DNA of 64,000 nt from Marsupella aquatica (lineage: Eukaryota > Plantae > Marchantiophyta). This document shows, in pieces, positions 35,125-46,749 of the stretch. How positions within the stretch are numbered: the stretch's first letter is position 1; each line of letters opens with the position of its first letter. A program made the position numbers and the translations under genes. Under the pieces are notes generated by a model. That model was not told the DNA's origin, did no database searches, and saw only the letters and a program-made list of their open reading frames with translations. The DNA lies in NCBI GenBank assembly GCA_973895155.1, contig OZ316893.1, positions 496,860 to 560,859 on the forward strand, written 5' to 3'.

Positions 35125-38100
35125 TGTCACTTGCCTATCCAACGATTAATGCGTGCCAACCGTACTTTTCCTTGCTTAAACCGTTGGTATCGTATTACGG
35201 GGTCGTGGAGGGACGCTATTTGGAGGATTTTCACACCTAAGGATGAGTATGTTTGATTCCGCTCCCGGAAGTGTACTTTTTGATCAAGTCTACCGACTGG
35301 TCTCTCCGTTTTTGATCAAGTCCAAGGGACTGGTCCTACCATCTACAACTCATGCCCACCGGGTGAGTGCTGTCACCACCCCCCTCCTCTTTTGGGCAAG
35401 CATACCAACATTTACAATAAGATTTGAACACTAGTGACAAGAGCAAATGTTTCCACAAGGACACCGACCACACACACTAGGGGAGGAAAACAAACAACAC
35501 AAGCAACAACAAGTGACACACGAAATATTGGAACCTCAAGCCAAATCCATATCTCTTGGTGTTTCCCGTAACACATGCAAGGACAACCCGGCCTCCTGCC
35601 GTCTGCCCAACTCCTGCCTCCCGGGACAAGTGCTACGTTCTCCACCTCACTACTCTGGCTTGAACTTCTCCTAATCGGTGCGCTACTCACAAAAGCTACT
35701 CCAAAGCCAAGTACTACGCTGAGTTCCCCCCCTCACTACTCTGGGGCTCTCCCCCTAAATACCAAAAAACACACCAAAGCACCCCTCACGGGGCCACAAC
35801 GAAGGCGGCTTACCCTAGCGGCGCCGCTAAACCCTTCACTAAGAAACCCCTAAACTAAAACCATGCGGCACACACATGCGTCTAAAAACCCTAAACCCTA
35901 AACTAACAATGGGGCCGACGGTGCCTTCGACGGTGCCCCAACGTTATTCCGTGAACCGTGAAATTGCAAGGAACCCCACAATGGCCGAAACTAGGCGCCC
36001 CTCCACTTGCACTTCTGAGTTCACCCCTGGATAGCTCTCCTCCTCCTGATCACGGATCACTTCAACCGCTCTCTAAACGGACATTGGACGACCAAGTTAT
36101 GACCGTTTCCGTATCCCGTAAACACAACTTCGCCGGGCCATAACCTGCTCATCCTGGCTCCGTTTGAGGAGCGCCGCCTCTTGTTGGAATCAGCTCCGTG
36201 AGCTCTTTCCAACAAGCCCGTGAGTGACCCCTCACAAAAAGTTGGAAAGTCCAGGGGCCGTACAACCACGTCCGTACGACCACTCTAATCCTCCTCCTCT
36301 TCACTCACGGTGCCCTGGCTTGAGCCCCGTGAGTGGGCCTCCTCATCACTCTCCACTGGAGTGAGTGCCACTTCACTTCTCTTCTTCTTTACCGGGGTAC
36401 TCCTTGTGCTAGTGCTCCCCTGCTTTCTCAAATTGGCCAAGGCCTGCCACGCTTTAATGTACCCCTCACCAATGGTGTCCTTCCATAGGGTAGCCTCTTC
36501 TCCGGACCGCAACTCCAACGGTAGAACTTGCCCTGTGGCCATGGGAGTCCCGGGGGTGACAGACCTGGGTGGCATCCCTGTACTGACCTGAGCCTCCCGT
36601 AAGGATTTCCGTACCTCCCGGAGCTTCTTCTCCAAGCCCTTGCTCTTCTCCTGACTCTTCTTGGCTCCATCCAACAAGGGCCCATACTTCTCACTAACCT
36701 CCTTCACCACCATCTCAATAGCCTGGGAGATCAAATCCGGAGAAAGTGTGGAGCTAGGAGTGCCGGGGCTCTTCCGTTTCCCCAGACTCAAGGCCTCACT
36801 CCTCTTTGCTCGTGTCTCAAAGGCGGCCACCTGACTCCGTAGTGCTCCCACCTGGTTTCTCCACTCCACCACTTCTCCAGAATTCTGCTTCTCTTTGGCC
36901 AATGCTTGTCTCAATGCTCCCACCTCTTCTGCTTCCTTGGCCTTGGTGGACAAGGCTCCCTTCAAGTTGGAGATCTCTACGTGAGCTTCTTGGAGAAGCT
37001 TAACCTTCTCATGAATGGTCCCCTCCTTGGCCTTGATCACCTCCTTCAGAGACAGGGTACTCTGCTCTAACGTCTCTACTCTGGCTGTGGTGTGCTTGAG
37101 AGAATCTCTCAATGCGTGGACTAGCTTGAGTCCCTCATGGACTCCCTCTCTGAAATCCCGTAGCTCTGCCAGGTAAACATCCGGAATGTTGTAGGCCAGG
37201 GGCTCTTTCGGATCTCCCACGAGTGATTCAAGCCACTCCAATGTGTAGTCCTCATCTTGGTTTTCTTCTCCTCTATCTTCATCCCCACCAGCCGACGATG
37301 ATTCCTCCGTGAGCTTCCCTATAACGGTAGTGGCAATACTCCGGATCTCCATGGTGAGAGATGATTCTGTGTCTTCCTGTCCTGGGGAACCAATCAACCC
37401 TTCTGCCCTGGCCAATACAAATGACCCCATCAAATGTACAGCCCCACCTGGTTTCACACTCCCGAGGTCAGCGGCCAACAGCTTCTTCAACCCGTAGTAC
37501 CACCATCCGTACACATGGGCTGGGTGGTTCTTGATGTCCATAGCTACCACGAAATGCTCTTCATTCACCACCCCTGATTGCACGTTGCCAAGGACCCGTT
37601 GATGAACCTTGGCCAGGAATCCCTTATACTCAACATCCTTGACAGCGGAAAGAGAGATGGCAGTGGTGGAGGTGGGATTAATCACCCAAGTGGCCACCAT
37701 CTTCAACGTGAGTTCTCCCCTGATGTGCCGAGGTGTGAATGAGAATTTCTGATTCTCCAGAAACAGCAGCCTAGCCAACTCTACATGGGGCACTACACGT
37801 TTGAGACATTCAAAGTAGATTCCCTCCGTTCGTAACTCCATCCCGGCCTCAATGTCCCAGCTCTTCCCCGGGGGGATGGTAATCTCCACCTTCATGAATT
37901 CTGTAACCCCGGTGGCTTGGAAAATATTCCGACAATCCTCCATCACCTTGGCGGAGGTCTTGGGATAAATTCGACGAAAAATCCTCCTACCCACCGGTGT
38001 GGAACCTGCTGCCAATCCCGTGCTCATCGTAGCTTCTCTCTCTTCTCTCTCCCTTGCAATCAAAGTCTCCACATAGTCACGGTAAGCAGCCTTGTATCTC

Positions 38101-39523
38101 CGAATGCGTGCCACACTGAACTCCGGTTGATCTAGCATTCATGCATCCCGAAATCAAATCCTCAATCACCAAATCCCGTCACCCGTAGCAATGTCAATTC
38201 CCTGGCCCGAAACAGCCCCCGCATCCCGATCAATCGATTACTCTCAATTCCCCCAGAAGCCACTCCGGGCTGCTGCCGCTAATGCCCGGAAGAATCAGGC
38301 CACCAAGCCCCACCAATCTACCATGAGAGAGAGCTTCAAAAATAATTAGGAGGTGAGAGCTTTCGGCAAGGTGTTGGGAGAGAGTTTTGAGTTTTGCTTT
38401 CGGCAAGGAGAAGGTCGTGCAAAAGAGGGAGAAAAGAAGGGAAGAAAAAAAAAGAAAAAAAATCCCCCTCGACACCTCCTTTCGCCTTGTGCCCCGGGCC
38501 CTCCTTTAATGGCCCTCCCCGGTGCCCTCTTTCGCCTGGCTCACGGGAGCCCTAAATGCCTTGGGCACGCAGCCCTATGGGCTCGCCCCGGCCACCTGCC
38601 ATCTCACTTTTCTCGCGGGAGTCCCGGCTGCGCTCTCGCCCCGATGCCCCCCTGCGCCACTCGCGGGAGCACTTAGTGCTCGGCTACTCGCGGTTCAAAC
38701 GGGGGATTTAATTCCCCCCCCGACAGCCCTCTTTCGCCTCACGGCCACCCCCCGTAGCGCCCTCTTTCGCCTGGCTCGCGGGAGCCCTAAATGCCCTGGG
38801 CATGCAGCCCTATGGGCTCACGGGAGGGTTTTAATACCCCCCCCTTTACTCCTCGGCTGCGGCCCGGCTGCCCTTGCCCTGCTTGCGGGAGCCCTTACCT
38901 GGGGATTCCACGTGGCGGCCCTAGGGCTGCCCCTTATGGGCCCTTAAGTGCTCGCCCTCTGCCAGGCCACTTAAGGGGTATTTAACCCCCCTCCGCGACC
39001 TTCCTGCACCGGCCTCCCTACTTGGTACTCGCGGTGCCCCTTAAGGGGGAATTTTAATTTCTCCCCCACCCTCGGCGCCTTGCTTCCTTCAGCTCGCGGG
39101 GCTCCCCTCAAACGGGGGATTTAATCCCCCCTTTTCTTCTCCTGAACGCGGCCCTATGCAGGGCTCGCGACAGCCTCCTCCCTGTCCAGCCCGGCTCCGG
39201 CTGCCCATAAAAAAAAACTTCCCCCTAATCACACTGCCGGGGTCACCTCTACTCAAAAACTTCCTTGCTCCCGGTCCTGTTTTATTTCTTCTTCCCACCA
39301 ACCTTGCTATTGAGTTCTCTAAAAATGGCCCTAAAATAATGGGGAGTCCCCCAAAGGTAGGGCCCTCCTCCCAACATAATTGCAGAACAATTAGGGGATA
39401 AAAATAAATACAGTTCTTCGATCACAGGTGATGAAAAAATGGTTATTTACAATGGTTATTTACACTGCGCGACACTCCGCGACCAAGTTATTCGTGATTT
39501 TATGTGACGGGGACCCCGTCACA
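35125..39523 (-). repeat. Family-2 3' LTR (4399 bp)
   Basis: On the minus strand it starts TGTGACG directly after the purine tract AAGAGAGGAG-CTA and ends GCAAGTGACA at 35125, where LINE ORF1 resumes. Its last 231 bp match the 5' LTR remnant. Confidence 0.8.
36285..38138 (-). CDS. LTR-encoded protein, family 2 (617 aa, open), with coiled-coil C-terminal half
   Basis: Uninterrupted ATG-initiated ORF wholly inside the 3' LTR, on the same strand as gag-pol. It has heptad-like LETLEQ/LKEVIKAKE stretches and NLS-like GKRK and PVKKKR motifs. Confidence 0.75.
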   Translation of the reverse strand: MLDQPEFSVARIRRYKAAYRDYVETLIAREREEREATMSTGLAAGSTPVGRRIFRRIYPKTSAKVMEDCRNIFQATGVTEFMKVEITIPPGKSWDIEAGMELRTEGIYFECLKRVVPHVELARLLFLENQKFSFTPRHIRGELTLKMVATWVINPTSTTAISLSAVKDVEYKGFLAKVHQRVLGNVQSGVVNEEHFVVAMDIKNHPAHVYGWWYYGLKKLLAADLGSVKPGGAVHLMGSFVLARAEGLIGSPGQEDTESSLTMEIRSIATTVIGKLTEESSSAGGDEDRGEENQDEDYTLEWLESLVGDPKEPLAYNIPDVYLAELRDFREGVHEGLKLVHALRDSLKHTTARVETLEQSTLSLKEVIKAKEGTIHEKVKLLQEAHVEISNLKGALSTKAKEAEEVGALRQALAKEKQNSGEVVEWRNQVGALRSQVAAFETRAKRSEALSLGKRKSPGTPSSTLSPDLISQAIEMVVKEVSEKYGPLLDGAKKSQEKSKGLEKKLREVRKSLREAQVSTGMPPRSVTPGTPMATGQVLPLELRSGEEATLWKDTIGEGYIKAWQALANLRKQGSTSTRSTPVKKKRSEVALTPVESDEEAHSRGSSQGTVSEEEED

Positions 39524-42500
39524 TAGCTCCTCTCTTAATTGCGAAGCGCCCCCGCGAGCACCATACTCCTCCTCCGTGTAATACTTCTTTAGACGTTCTT
39601 GATTGATCCGTGTGTTGAGTAGTTGCCCCTCCAATGTCCTGAGTTGAACTGATCCGTTGGAGTAGACGGCGTCTACTACGTAGGGCCCCATCCAACGTGT
39701 ATGCAACTTCCCGGGGAAATGCATAAAACAACTGTCGTACAGGAGTACCAAATCTCCCTCCTCAATGGACACACGACGGAGACGAGAATCGTAATGTGAC
39801 TTCCGTTTGCTTTGCTCCTGCTCCGTACGGGTCAAAGCCTCTTCTCGTGTCTCAGTGAGTTGCTCCAACTGTTGGATCCGTGCTGCTACACTCCTTTCTT
39901 CCCCTTCCCTTTCCCGTGTGAGGATCCGAATGGTGGGCACTTCAAATTCCACCGGCACAAGAGAGTGTTGTCCAAACATAACGAAATAGGGGCTGTGGCC
40001 CGTGGTAGTCTTGTGAGCCAGGTTGTAGGCGTAAGTAGCAGCCAACAACTTCAAATCCCAATCGGTCTTGTGAGCTGATACCGTCTTGTTAAGAATCGTG
40101 CCCATGATCCCGTTTGCTCTCTCAGTGAGCCCGTTGGCTCGAGGATGGTACGGAGTGGTCTTCCTATGTGAGATCAGGTAGTTCTCCGTCAGACGTTCAA
40201 TTGTATGATTGAGAAAGTGAGTACCCCTGTCACTCACCAGCTCCAATGGGGGACCAAATCGTGTAAAAATCTGCTCGTACAAAAAACGTGCCGTGGTGTT
40301 GGCATCATCCTTGGCAGTGGTTCGGGCCTCCACCCACTTTGTGGCATAGTCCGTTGCAAGAATGATGTAGCGCTTCCTCCCTCTTCTAGTGATGGGAGTG
40401 AAGGGGCCAATGAAATCAACCCCCCACTTCTCAAAGGGTGCAAGAGGAAGTATGGGCACCAATGGGTGGCGTGAGGAGGGGCCAGGTTTGCCTTGGCGTT
40501 GGCAGGGGTCACATCTTTGGATGTACCGGTGCACATCCCGGAAAAGAGTTGGCCACCAATATCCAGCATCTAGTATCTTCCTTGTTGTGGTCTCCCGTGC
40601 AAAGTGGCCACCAGCTTCCTCCTCATGTAATGCTGCCATGACTGTACGTATCTCAGCTTCTTCCAAACAACGACGAAGATGGCCATCCATGCCGTACTTG
40701 TGAAGTACTCCCCTCACAAGCAAGTAGGGACCTGTCTTACGTAAAAACACTGCTGCTCTCTCCGGGCCCAAACGTGAGGGAACTCTTGCCGTACGGAGAA
40801 ATTCCAAAATTTCCCCATACCAAGTAGTGGCCTCCGTAGTCACCCTGAAGACTTCTTCATCGGGAAAACGATCATCAATCTCTTGAGAGTCAGATGCTCC
40901 CTCAATACGGGAGAAGAAGTCCGCATTGCTGTGACTCTTCCCGGATCTCACCTTCACCTCATAGTTGAACTCCTGCAATAATAGGACCCAACGTGCAATT
41001 CTCCCCGACAAGTCTGGCTTGTTGACCATGTACTTCAAACTATTGTGATCCGTGTGGAACACAACCTTGTAACCCAACAAATAATGACGATACTTCTTAC
41101 AAGCATAAATGATACCAAGTGCCTCCCTATCGGTGGGTGAGTAGTTCTTTTCTGCCGGGGCCAACTGCCTACTGGCAAAGTAGATGGGATGGTCCCTTCC
41201 ATCATCATCCAACTGACTCAACACGGCACCGATGCAAAATCCTGATACGTCTACGTAAACATGGAACTCCTTATTCCAATTAGGCATAATGAGTACGGGG
41301 GCCTCTAGCAAACGTTTCTTCAATTCATCAAAAGCAGCCTGTCGGGGTGGAGTAGGTTCAAATTCACTTCCCTTCTTCAACATGGAGGTGAGTGGCATGG
41401 CTACCTTGGCAAAGTCTTTGATGAAGCGTCGATAGTATCCAACACACCCTAAGAACCCTCTCACTTCCTTTACGTTCTTGGGAAATGAGACTGCTACCCA
41501 CACGGCCACCTTCTCGCGGTCAACTTCAATCCCCCGTGCAGACACTTTGTGGCCCAATAGGATCCCCTCCTCAATTCCAAAGAAACATTTCTCAGGATGC
41601 AGCCTCAAGCAAGTCTCCCGGCACCGCTGAAAAGTCAACCGTAAGTGTTCCGGATGCTTGACTCGTTTGCCATAGACAACAAAGTCGTCAATAAAGATCT
41701 CCAAGAACCTGCGTAAAAAGTCATGAAATATATTCATCATGAGCCGCTGGAACATGCCAGGGGCATTGCACAACCCAAAAGGCATTCTACGGAATGCAAA
41801 AATCCCCCACTCCGTAGTGAAAGCCGTCTTGAGTTGGTCCTCCTCCCGTATCCAAATTTGGTTGTAGCCAGAGTAGCCATCCAAGAAGCTGTAAATCTCC
41901 CAACCAGCTACCATATCCAACACGATATCGGTAAACGGCAGTGGGTAGTGATCCTTCTTGGTCGCCTCATTCAACTTTCGAAAATCTTGGCACACCCGTA
42001 TTTTCACCTTCCCGTCTGGCCCCTTCTTCTTGGGCACGATCACGATGGGTGACACCCACTCACTATGCATGACCGGATAAATGAAGCCTGCATCCAACAA
42101 ACGGTCAATCTCCTCCTTCACCATGAGTGAGTACTTGGGGTTGAGGCGGTATTGGCGTTGCCTTACAGGTCGTGCTCCTGACATCAGGTCAATGCCGTGC
42201 TCACCAAACTCAGGTGGCACTCCTTTCAAATCTTGGTGGCCCCACGCAAATACGTCTTGGTACTCCTTCAACAATTCTTGAATCTTGCGTTGCTCCGTAG
42301 CATCCAACTTACTACCAATGTTGAGTGTCTTGCCCTCACCCACTTCCACCTTGGTGTACTGCTCCGGCCTGATCACGTCCAGCTTGTTGCGTGTCTCCTC
42401 ATCAAAGGTCTCTTCCAACCGTGCGAGCCTCATCCCTCCATACACAGGTGCATCACTCTCCTCCTGGTCTGGCCGGGTTGGAGGTGGATCTTTTGTCACA

Positions 42501-44150
42501 TGGGCCATCATTTCTTCCACATCAGATTCTTTGTAATGTGACAGTAGCTCCTCTCTAAATTCTTCATCCAAGAGGTCATTCAACCACTCCTTCCTTCGTT
42601 CATCGTCAAACAAGATGGCTTGAGCTTCCTGGCCCTCCTCCTCCGTTTGTTCCTCCTCCTGAGTATCAACAAGCTGGGCCATTGGTGGTGTAGGTGGCTC
42701 TTCTCTGGTTTTCTTCTGCACAACACAACTTTGGTCAAGTGGTACCTCCTGAATTCTCTCCTCGGGGGTAGCAGCTTGTGGGCCAAATACATCTTCCTCC
42801 GTCAGATGAGAAATCAGCTTCACCATGTATACTTCATCCTCGTCCTCATCTGAGGTGACCTCTGAATCATATTGCTCTTCCATAGAGGTAGTCTCCCCTT
42901 GAGGTGACTCCGCTGACCAGGGAATGGTAATAGTGGGGGTGCCAAACCGAAATTGCCGTTTGCCCCAATCACTGGTGACCTTGGCCACATACAACCATGG
43001 CCTGCCAATTAAGATGGGAAAACCGTATGGCCGAACGGGTCGCATCACCAAATAGTTGAGGGGGAAAGATTTTCCCCCAATCATTGTTGGAATCTTGGTG
43101 AGACACCCCAACGGCACCACCCGTGCACCATCAGCCAACCTCATGGCACGTGCTGGTGGCTCTAACTCCGTATACCCCAACCGGTTTGCCGTCTCCTCAG
43201 TCATGATGTTGACTCCCGAGCCCTCGTCCACTGGTACAAACCGTATTGCACATCCGTTGATGTCTACCGTGAGTTCTGGGGCACCCAAATCCTCCGTGAC
43301 CCAGTTGACTTGTATGGGGTCAACCCCGACTTTGGGTAACCTTCGTCTACGTCTCCTCCTCATAAGAATCTCCTTGACTTGGCGGCGGTAGAGGGAGCTA
43401 TCACGTAGCAGTTGCCCAATCGTGGCACTGACTGGACAATCTAGAATATCTTGAGCAATGTTGTACGCAGTTGCAGGAGGTATGGGTGGGATGACCTCCT
43501 CTCCTGGTTTCCAACGAACAACTTTCTCCTCCGCTTTCTTTCTGGCCTTTGCCTCCTCTAGGTCTTTGTCAATGGCCGCTTGCATGGCTTGTGCTTCTAG
43601 TTCCTCCAGCTGCTTGCGTACCTCTTCTCCCACCTTTGGGTAGAACAACTTGGGGTTATCCCGGTCAAAGTCGCTATCTTCCATGGGTGGCACCTCCGGT
43701 TCGTGTGAGGTGCCCGATGTGGAAGCTTGATGCACCTCCTTGTACTTCTGCTTGAGTTCAGACTTGTCCTTCTTTTTCCCAGACCGAGTGGAGACCCGGT
43801 AACAAGAGTAGTGTCTCCTCTCATCATCACTGTCGACCTCCGGCAAATTTTCAGCGTGAGTCCACTCATGACTTGGGGACCGTGTGTGCTCAACAACTTC
43901 CGAAGTGACAACGACCACCAAAGGCGCCTCCACAACTGGAGATACTACAACGACTGATGGTACTAACTGTTCCTCGATGGTGACCAGCCTCTGCTTGGGA
44001 ACGTCCACTACGGGCTCTTCCCGTTTGGTGACCAACTCCTTTGCAGGGATGAACTCAAGCGGGTCAACCGCTTCCGTGGCAAGAAAGTTGACGTTAGCCT
44101 CTTTGAGCGGGGGTGGTGGTCCCTTCTTCTCCGGTCCTCCAGCTTGTTGA
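39500..44150 (-). CDS. pol: Gypsy pol polyprotein (protease, RT, RNase H, integrase), open for 1511+ aa
   Basis: PR VPVDEGSGVNIM; RT KDHYPLPF, FLDGYSGYNQI, MPFGLCNAP, IFIDDF; RH FHVYVDVS...EALGIIY...HTDHNSL; INT HEEEAGGH..CDPC, WGVDFIGP, SDRGTHF, NGLTER, WMGPY. Confidence 0.95.
39524..39536 (-). other. Polypurine tract of the family-2 element
   Basis: AAGAGAGGAGCTA immediately before the LTR start TGTGAC, overlapping the end of pol. Confidence 0.65.
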
Positions 44151-45889
44151 GCCTAGCTTGATTGCTTCCAAGGTTGGACAGTGTGGTGCAAGATGACCCT
44201 CCCCCTTGCACAATTGACACAACCGGGCAAAATCTCCGTTCCCTTGACGTGTGGGCTCCGGGCACACGTTAGCGTAGTGGCCAGCCACTCTACAATTGTA
44301 ACAAATAGGGATCTTCCTCACTCCAGGATACGGTGGCCTATTTCCGGGAGTAGCGTTGGAATAGTTAGCATATGGGGGTGCTTGAGCGTTAGTTGAGATC
44401 CCATGAATGCTCCTTGGTCCCGGGTTGAGCGGCTGCACACTATACACATTGGACTCTGGTGGCTCCTCCATGAAGTACTCAACTGGCCCCTCCGCTGCAT
44501 AGGAAGAGGTTGAGTAGCTGGCTCCTTCAACGTCCTCCTCCCGTACTTGGAAAACCTTGGCTGGTTCTCCCGCTGGGCACTCTTTCGGGGCATGACCAAA
44601 CTTCATGCACTTGGTGCACCACACGTTGGCTCTCTCTACTGGAACCTTTCTCCTCTCTGGCTTGAGACCTGCAAAGTGCACCTTCAACGCTTTCATTTGC
44701 TCTGTCAACTCATCATACCTGGCCTCTTGCTCCTTGAGATGTCTTGCCGTAGACAATGGGGTAATGGCCACCGTGGGTATCACCACTTCTCGATGAGACG
44801 ACTTCTTGGTCTTCTTGGACAACTTCTTCTTCCTCTTCTTTCGCTTCTCAGCTTCTGACTCCGTAGTGTCCGACTCCGTAGCGCTCTCAGAATCCTCAGA
44901 TTCATCACTACTATCCAACTCAGATCCACTGGATTCATCACTAGACGAACTGTCAACCGGCTTCAGCTTCTTTCTTCGGCAACGCTTGCTTGTGGCATCA
45001 GCTGCAGTGTATGACTCCGCTGCTGCAATAGCTTCAGCCAATGTGGTTGGCTTGGCTTGACGTACAAAGAACCCCATCTTGCTTGGTAGGGCAGCTACAA
45101 ACCACGCTTGACGCATAGCATCATCGGTACGGGCTTGTATCCGTCGTACTAACTTCTGGAACCTTTGCAAAAACCTCCGTAATGACTCCTTCTTCTTCAT
45201 CCTAAGTTGGCCCACCTTCAATAGCGACGTGGCCTCCACTCCGATGGATCTGAACTCCTTCAAGAAGGCTTGCTTGAACAAAGCCGGCAATCGGCTTTTA
45301 TGTTGGGCAACAACGAAATAAACCATGGGCCTGCCTCCCCTCTCATCATTCCAAGAATGATAGTGAGCTTATGTGCAGACTCCCCATTAGCTTCGGCAAT
45401 CCCTTCAAACTCCTCAATCCATTCGTCTGGATCATCTTTTGGTCTCCCCTTGAAGGGTACGTACTGAACACGGGTACGTTGTGCAGCTGGTGCCTGTATC
45501 AACACAGGTGGTAATGACGTACGTTGGGCCACCGGTAACAGCACCGATGATAGGTGTGAGACGATTTGTGGCAATGCAGTGAGCTCTGGAATGAGATTTT
45601 GTTGTAACTCAGACTGCACCAACACAAAGGGCTCTCCTTCTTCTAGCTCGTGATCTATGTCTGGCTCTTCGTCTAGGCGTATGGCCTCATTACGTTGAGC
45701 CTCTCCTGGTTGCACACCAACTTGTTCTTCCAGCACCAGTGGCAACCTCCTCTCTTCTGCAAGCCGTAAGCGTTCTTCGGCAGCAACACGTCGTCTGGTC
45801 CCAATCCAAGAGGGCCCCCGTTCTAGCTCGGGTAGTGGGGTACGTGTGTGTTGGGGACTTCCTCTACCTCCCCTTCTCCCTCTCGGCAT
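44094..45889 (-). pseudogene. gag: Gypsy gag, family 2, with a frameshift near 45270-45320 and a frame change before pol
   Basis: FKGRPKDDPDEWIEEF...GEAGPWF...FKQAFLKEF (retrotransposon gag) and three CCHC-type knuckles (CTKCMKFGHAPKEC, CYNCRVAGHYANVC, CQLCKGEGHLAPHC). Confidence 0.88.
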
Positions 45890-46105
45890 CCCATTGAGAC
45901 CTGCATTCCAAACTCACACCATTGTCTTAGAAAGCAATCTTTGTGAATATCAACCGTCGCACGATGCGTTGTGGTTGACGTACAATAACAAAGTAACCAA
46001 CAAACTTCTCACGTATCAACCGTCACAAGTTGCATTGTGGTTGATAGGCTTGAATTCCAAATAGACGTAGCTCTACCTCTTCGTGTAGTCAAACAAGAAG
46101 AAGGG

Positions 46106-46123
46106 TCCCCGGCAGCGGCGCCA
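46106..46123 (-). other. Primer-binding site, Athila-type (tRNA-Asp-like)
   Basis: TGGCGCCGCTGCCGGGGA on the minus strand, nearly identical to the Athila PBS TGGCGCCGTTGCCGGGGA. Confidence 0.8.
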
Positions 46124-46142
46124 AAAACAAGGACCACACTTA

Positions 46143-46373
46143 TGTCACTTGCCTATCCAACGATTAATGCGTGCCAACCGTACTTTTCCTTGCTTAAACC
46201 GTTGGTATCGTATTACGGGGTCGTGGAGGGACGCTATTTGGAGGATTTTCACACCTAAGGATGAGTATGTTTGATTCCGCTCCCGGAAGTGTACTTTTTG
46301 ATCAAGTCTACCGACTGGTCTCTCCATTTTTGATCAAGTCCAAGGGACTGGTTCTACCATCTACAACTCATGC
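46143..46373 (-). repeat. Family-2 5' LTR remnant (U5 end)
   Basis: Matches 35125-35355; cut at 46373 by the family-3 LTR start. Confidence 0.93.
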
Positions 46374-46467
46374 TGTGATGCCTAGACAGGAATCACTCGG
46401 CCAGTTAATTGGGTAAAGCAGGAAGGCACCCTAGGAACACCTTAGTATAGGGACAAAACAAGGAAAA

Positions 46468-46473
46468 TATAAA
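46468..46473 (+). promoter_or_regulatory. Candidate LTR TATA box, family 3
   Basis: AAAATATAAAC is conserved in copies A, B and C, ~95 bp inside the LTR start and ~280 bp upstream of the ORF ATG. Confidence 0.45.
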
Positions 46474-46749
46474 CCATTAGGGGCAACCATGGAACCCGGG
46501 CCAAGGCCGGAGGTAAGGACGCTGAGGGTGAAAACTTGATTAGGGTTAGGGCACGTTAAGCATCGGCGGCTAGGAAGGATCAACGGGAAGAAGGACCGGC
46601 AGAGGAGAGGGGTAAGGAGCGCTTGCAGGAGATGGTGGCTCATTTGCAAGCACGAACTAGGCAGACGACTACGGAAGGCCAACTACTGTCAGCTGCTTAG
46701 GCAAGCACTCGGGGAGAGAGTAGATACCGACGATCGACCTAAGGAGGGT

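Larger units (their letters stand above)
35125..46373 (-). mobile_element. Family-2 Ty3/Gypsy non-chromovirus (Athila/Tat-like) retrotransposon; 5' LTR truncated by a later insertion
   Basis: 231-bp direct repeat 35125-35355 / 46143-46373 with 2 mismatches; PBS; gag-PR-RT-RH-INT order; PPT; no chromodomain seen. Confidence 0.92.

Noticed and set aside
36285-38138. ORF as a retroviral-type envelope gene
   Set aside because: No evident signal peptide or transmembrane anchor, and it lies beyond the PPT.
44094-44200. Programmed gag-pol frameshift in family 2
   Set aside because: No clear slippery heptamer, gag has another frameshift, and family 3 has gag and protease in one frame, so mutation is more likely.
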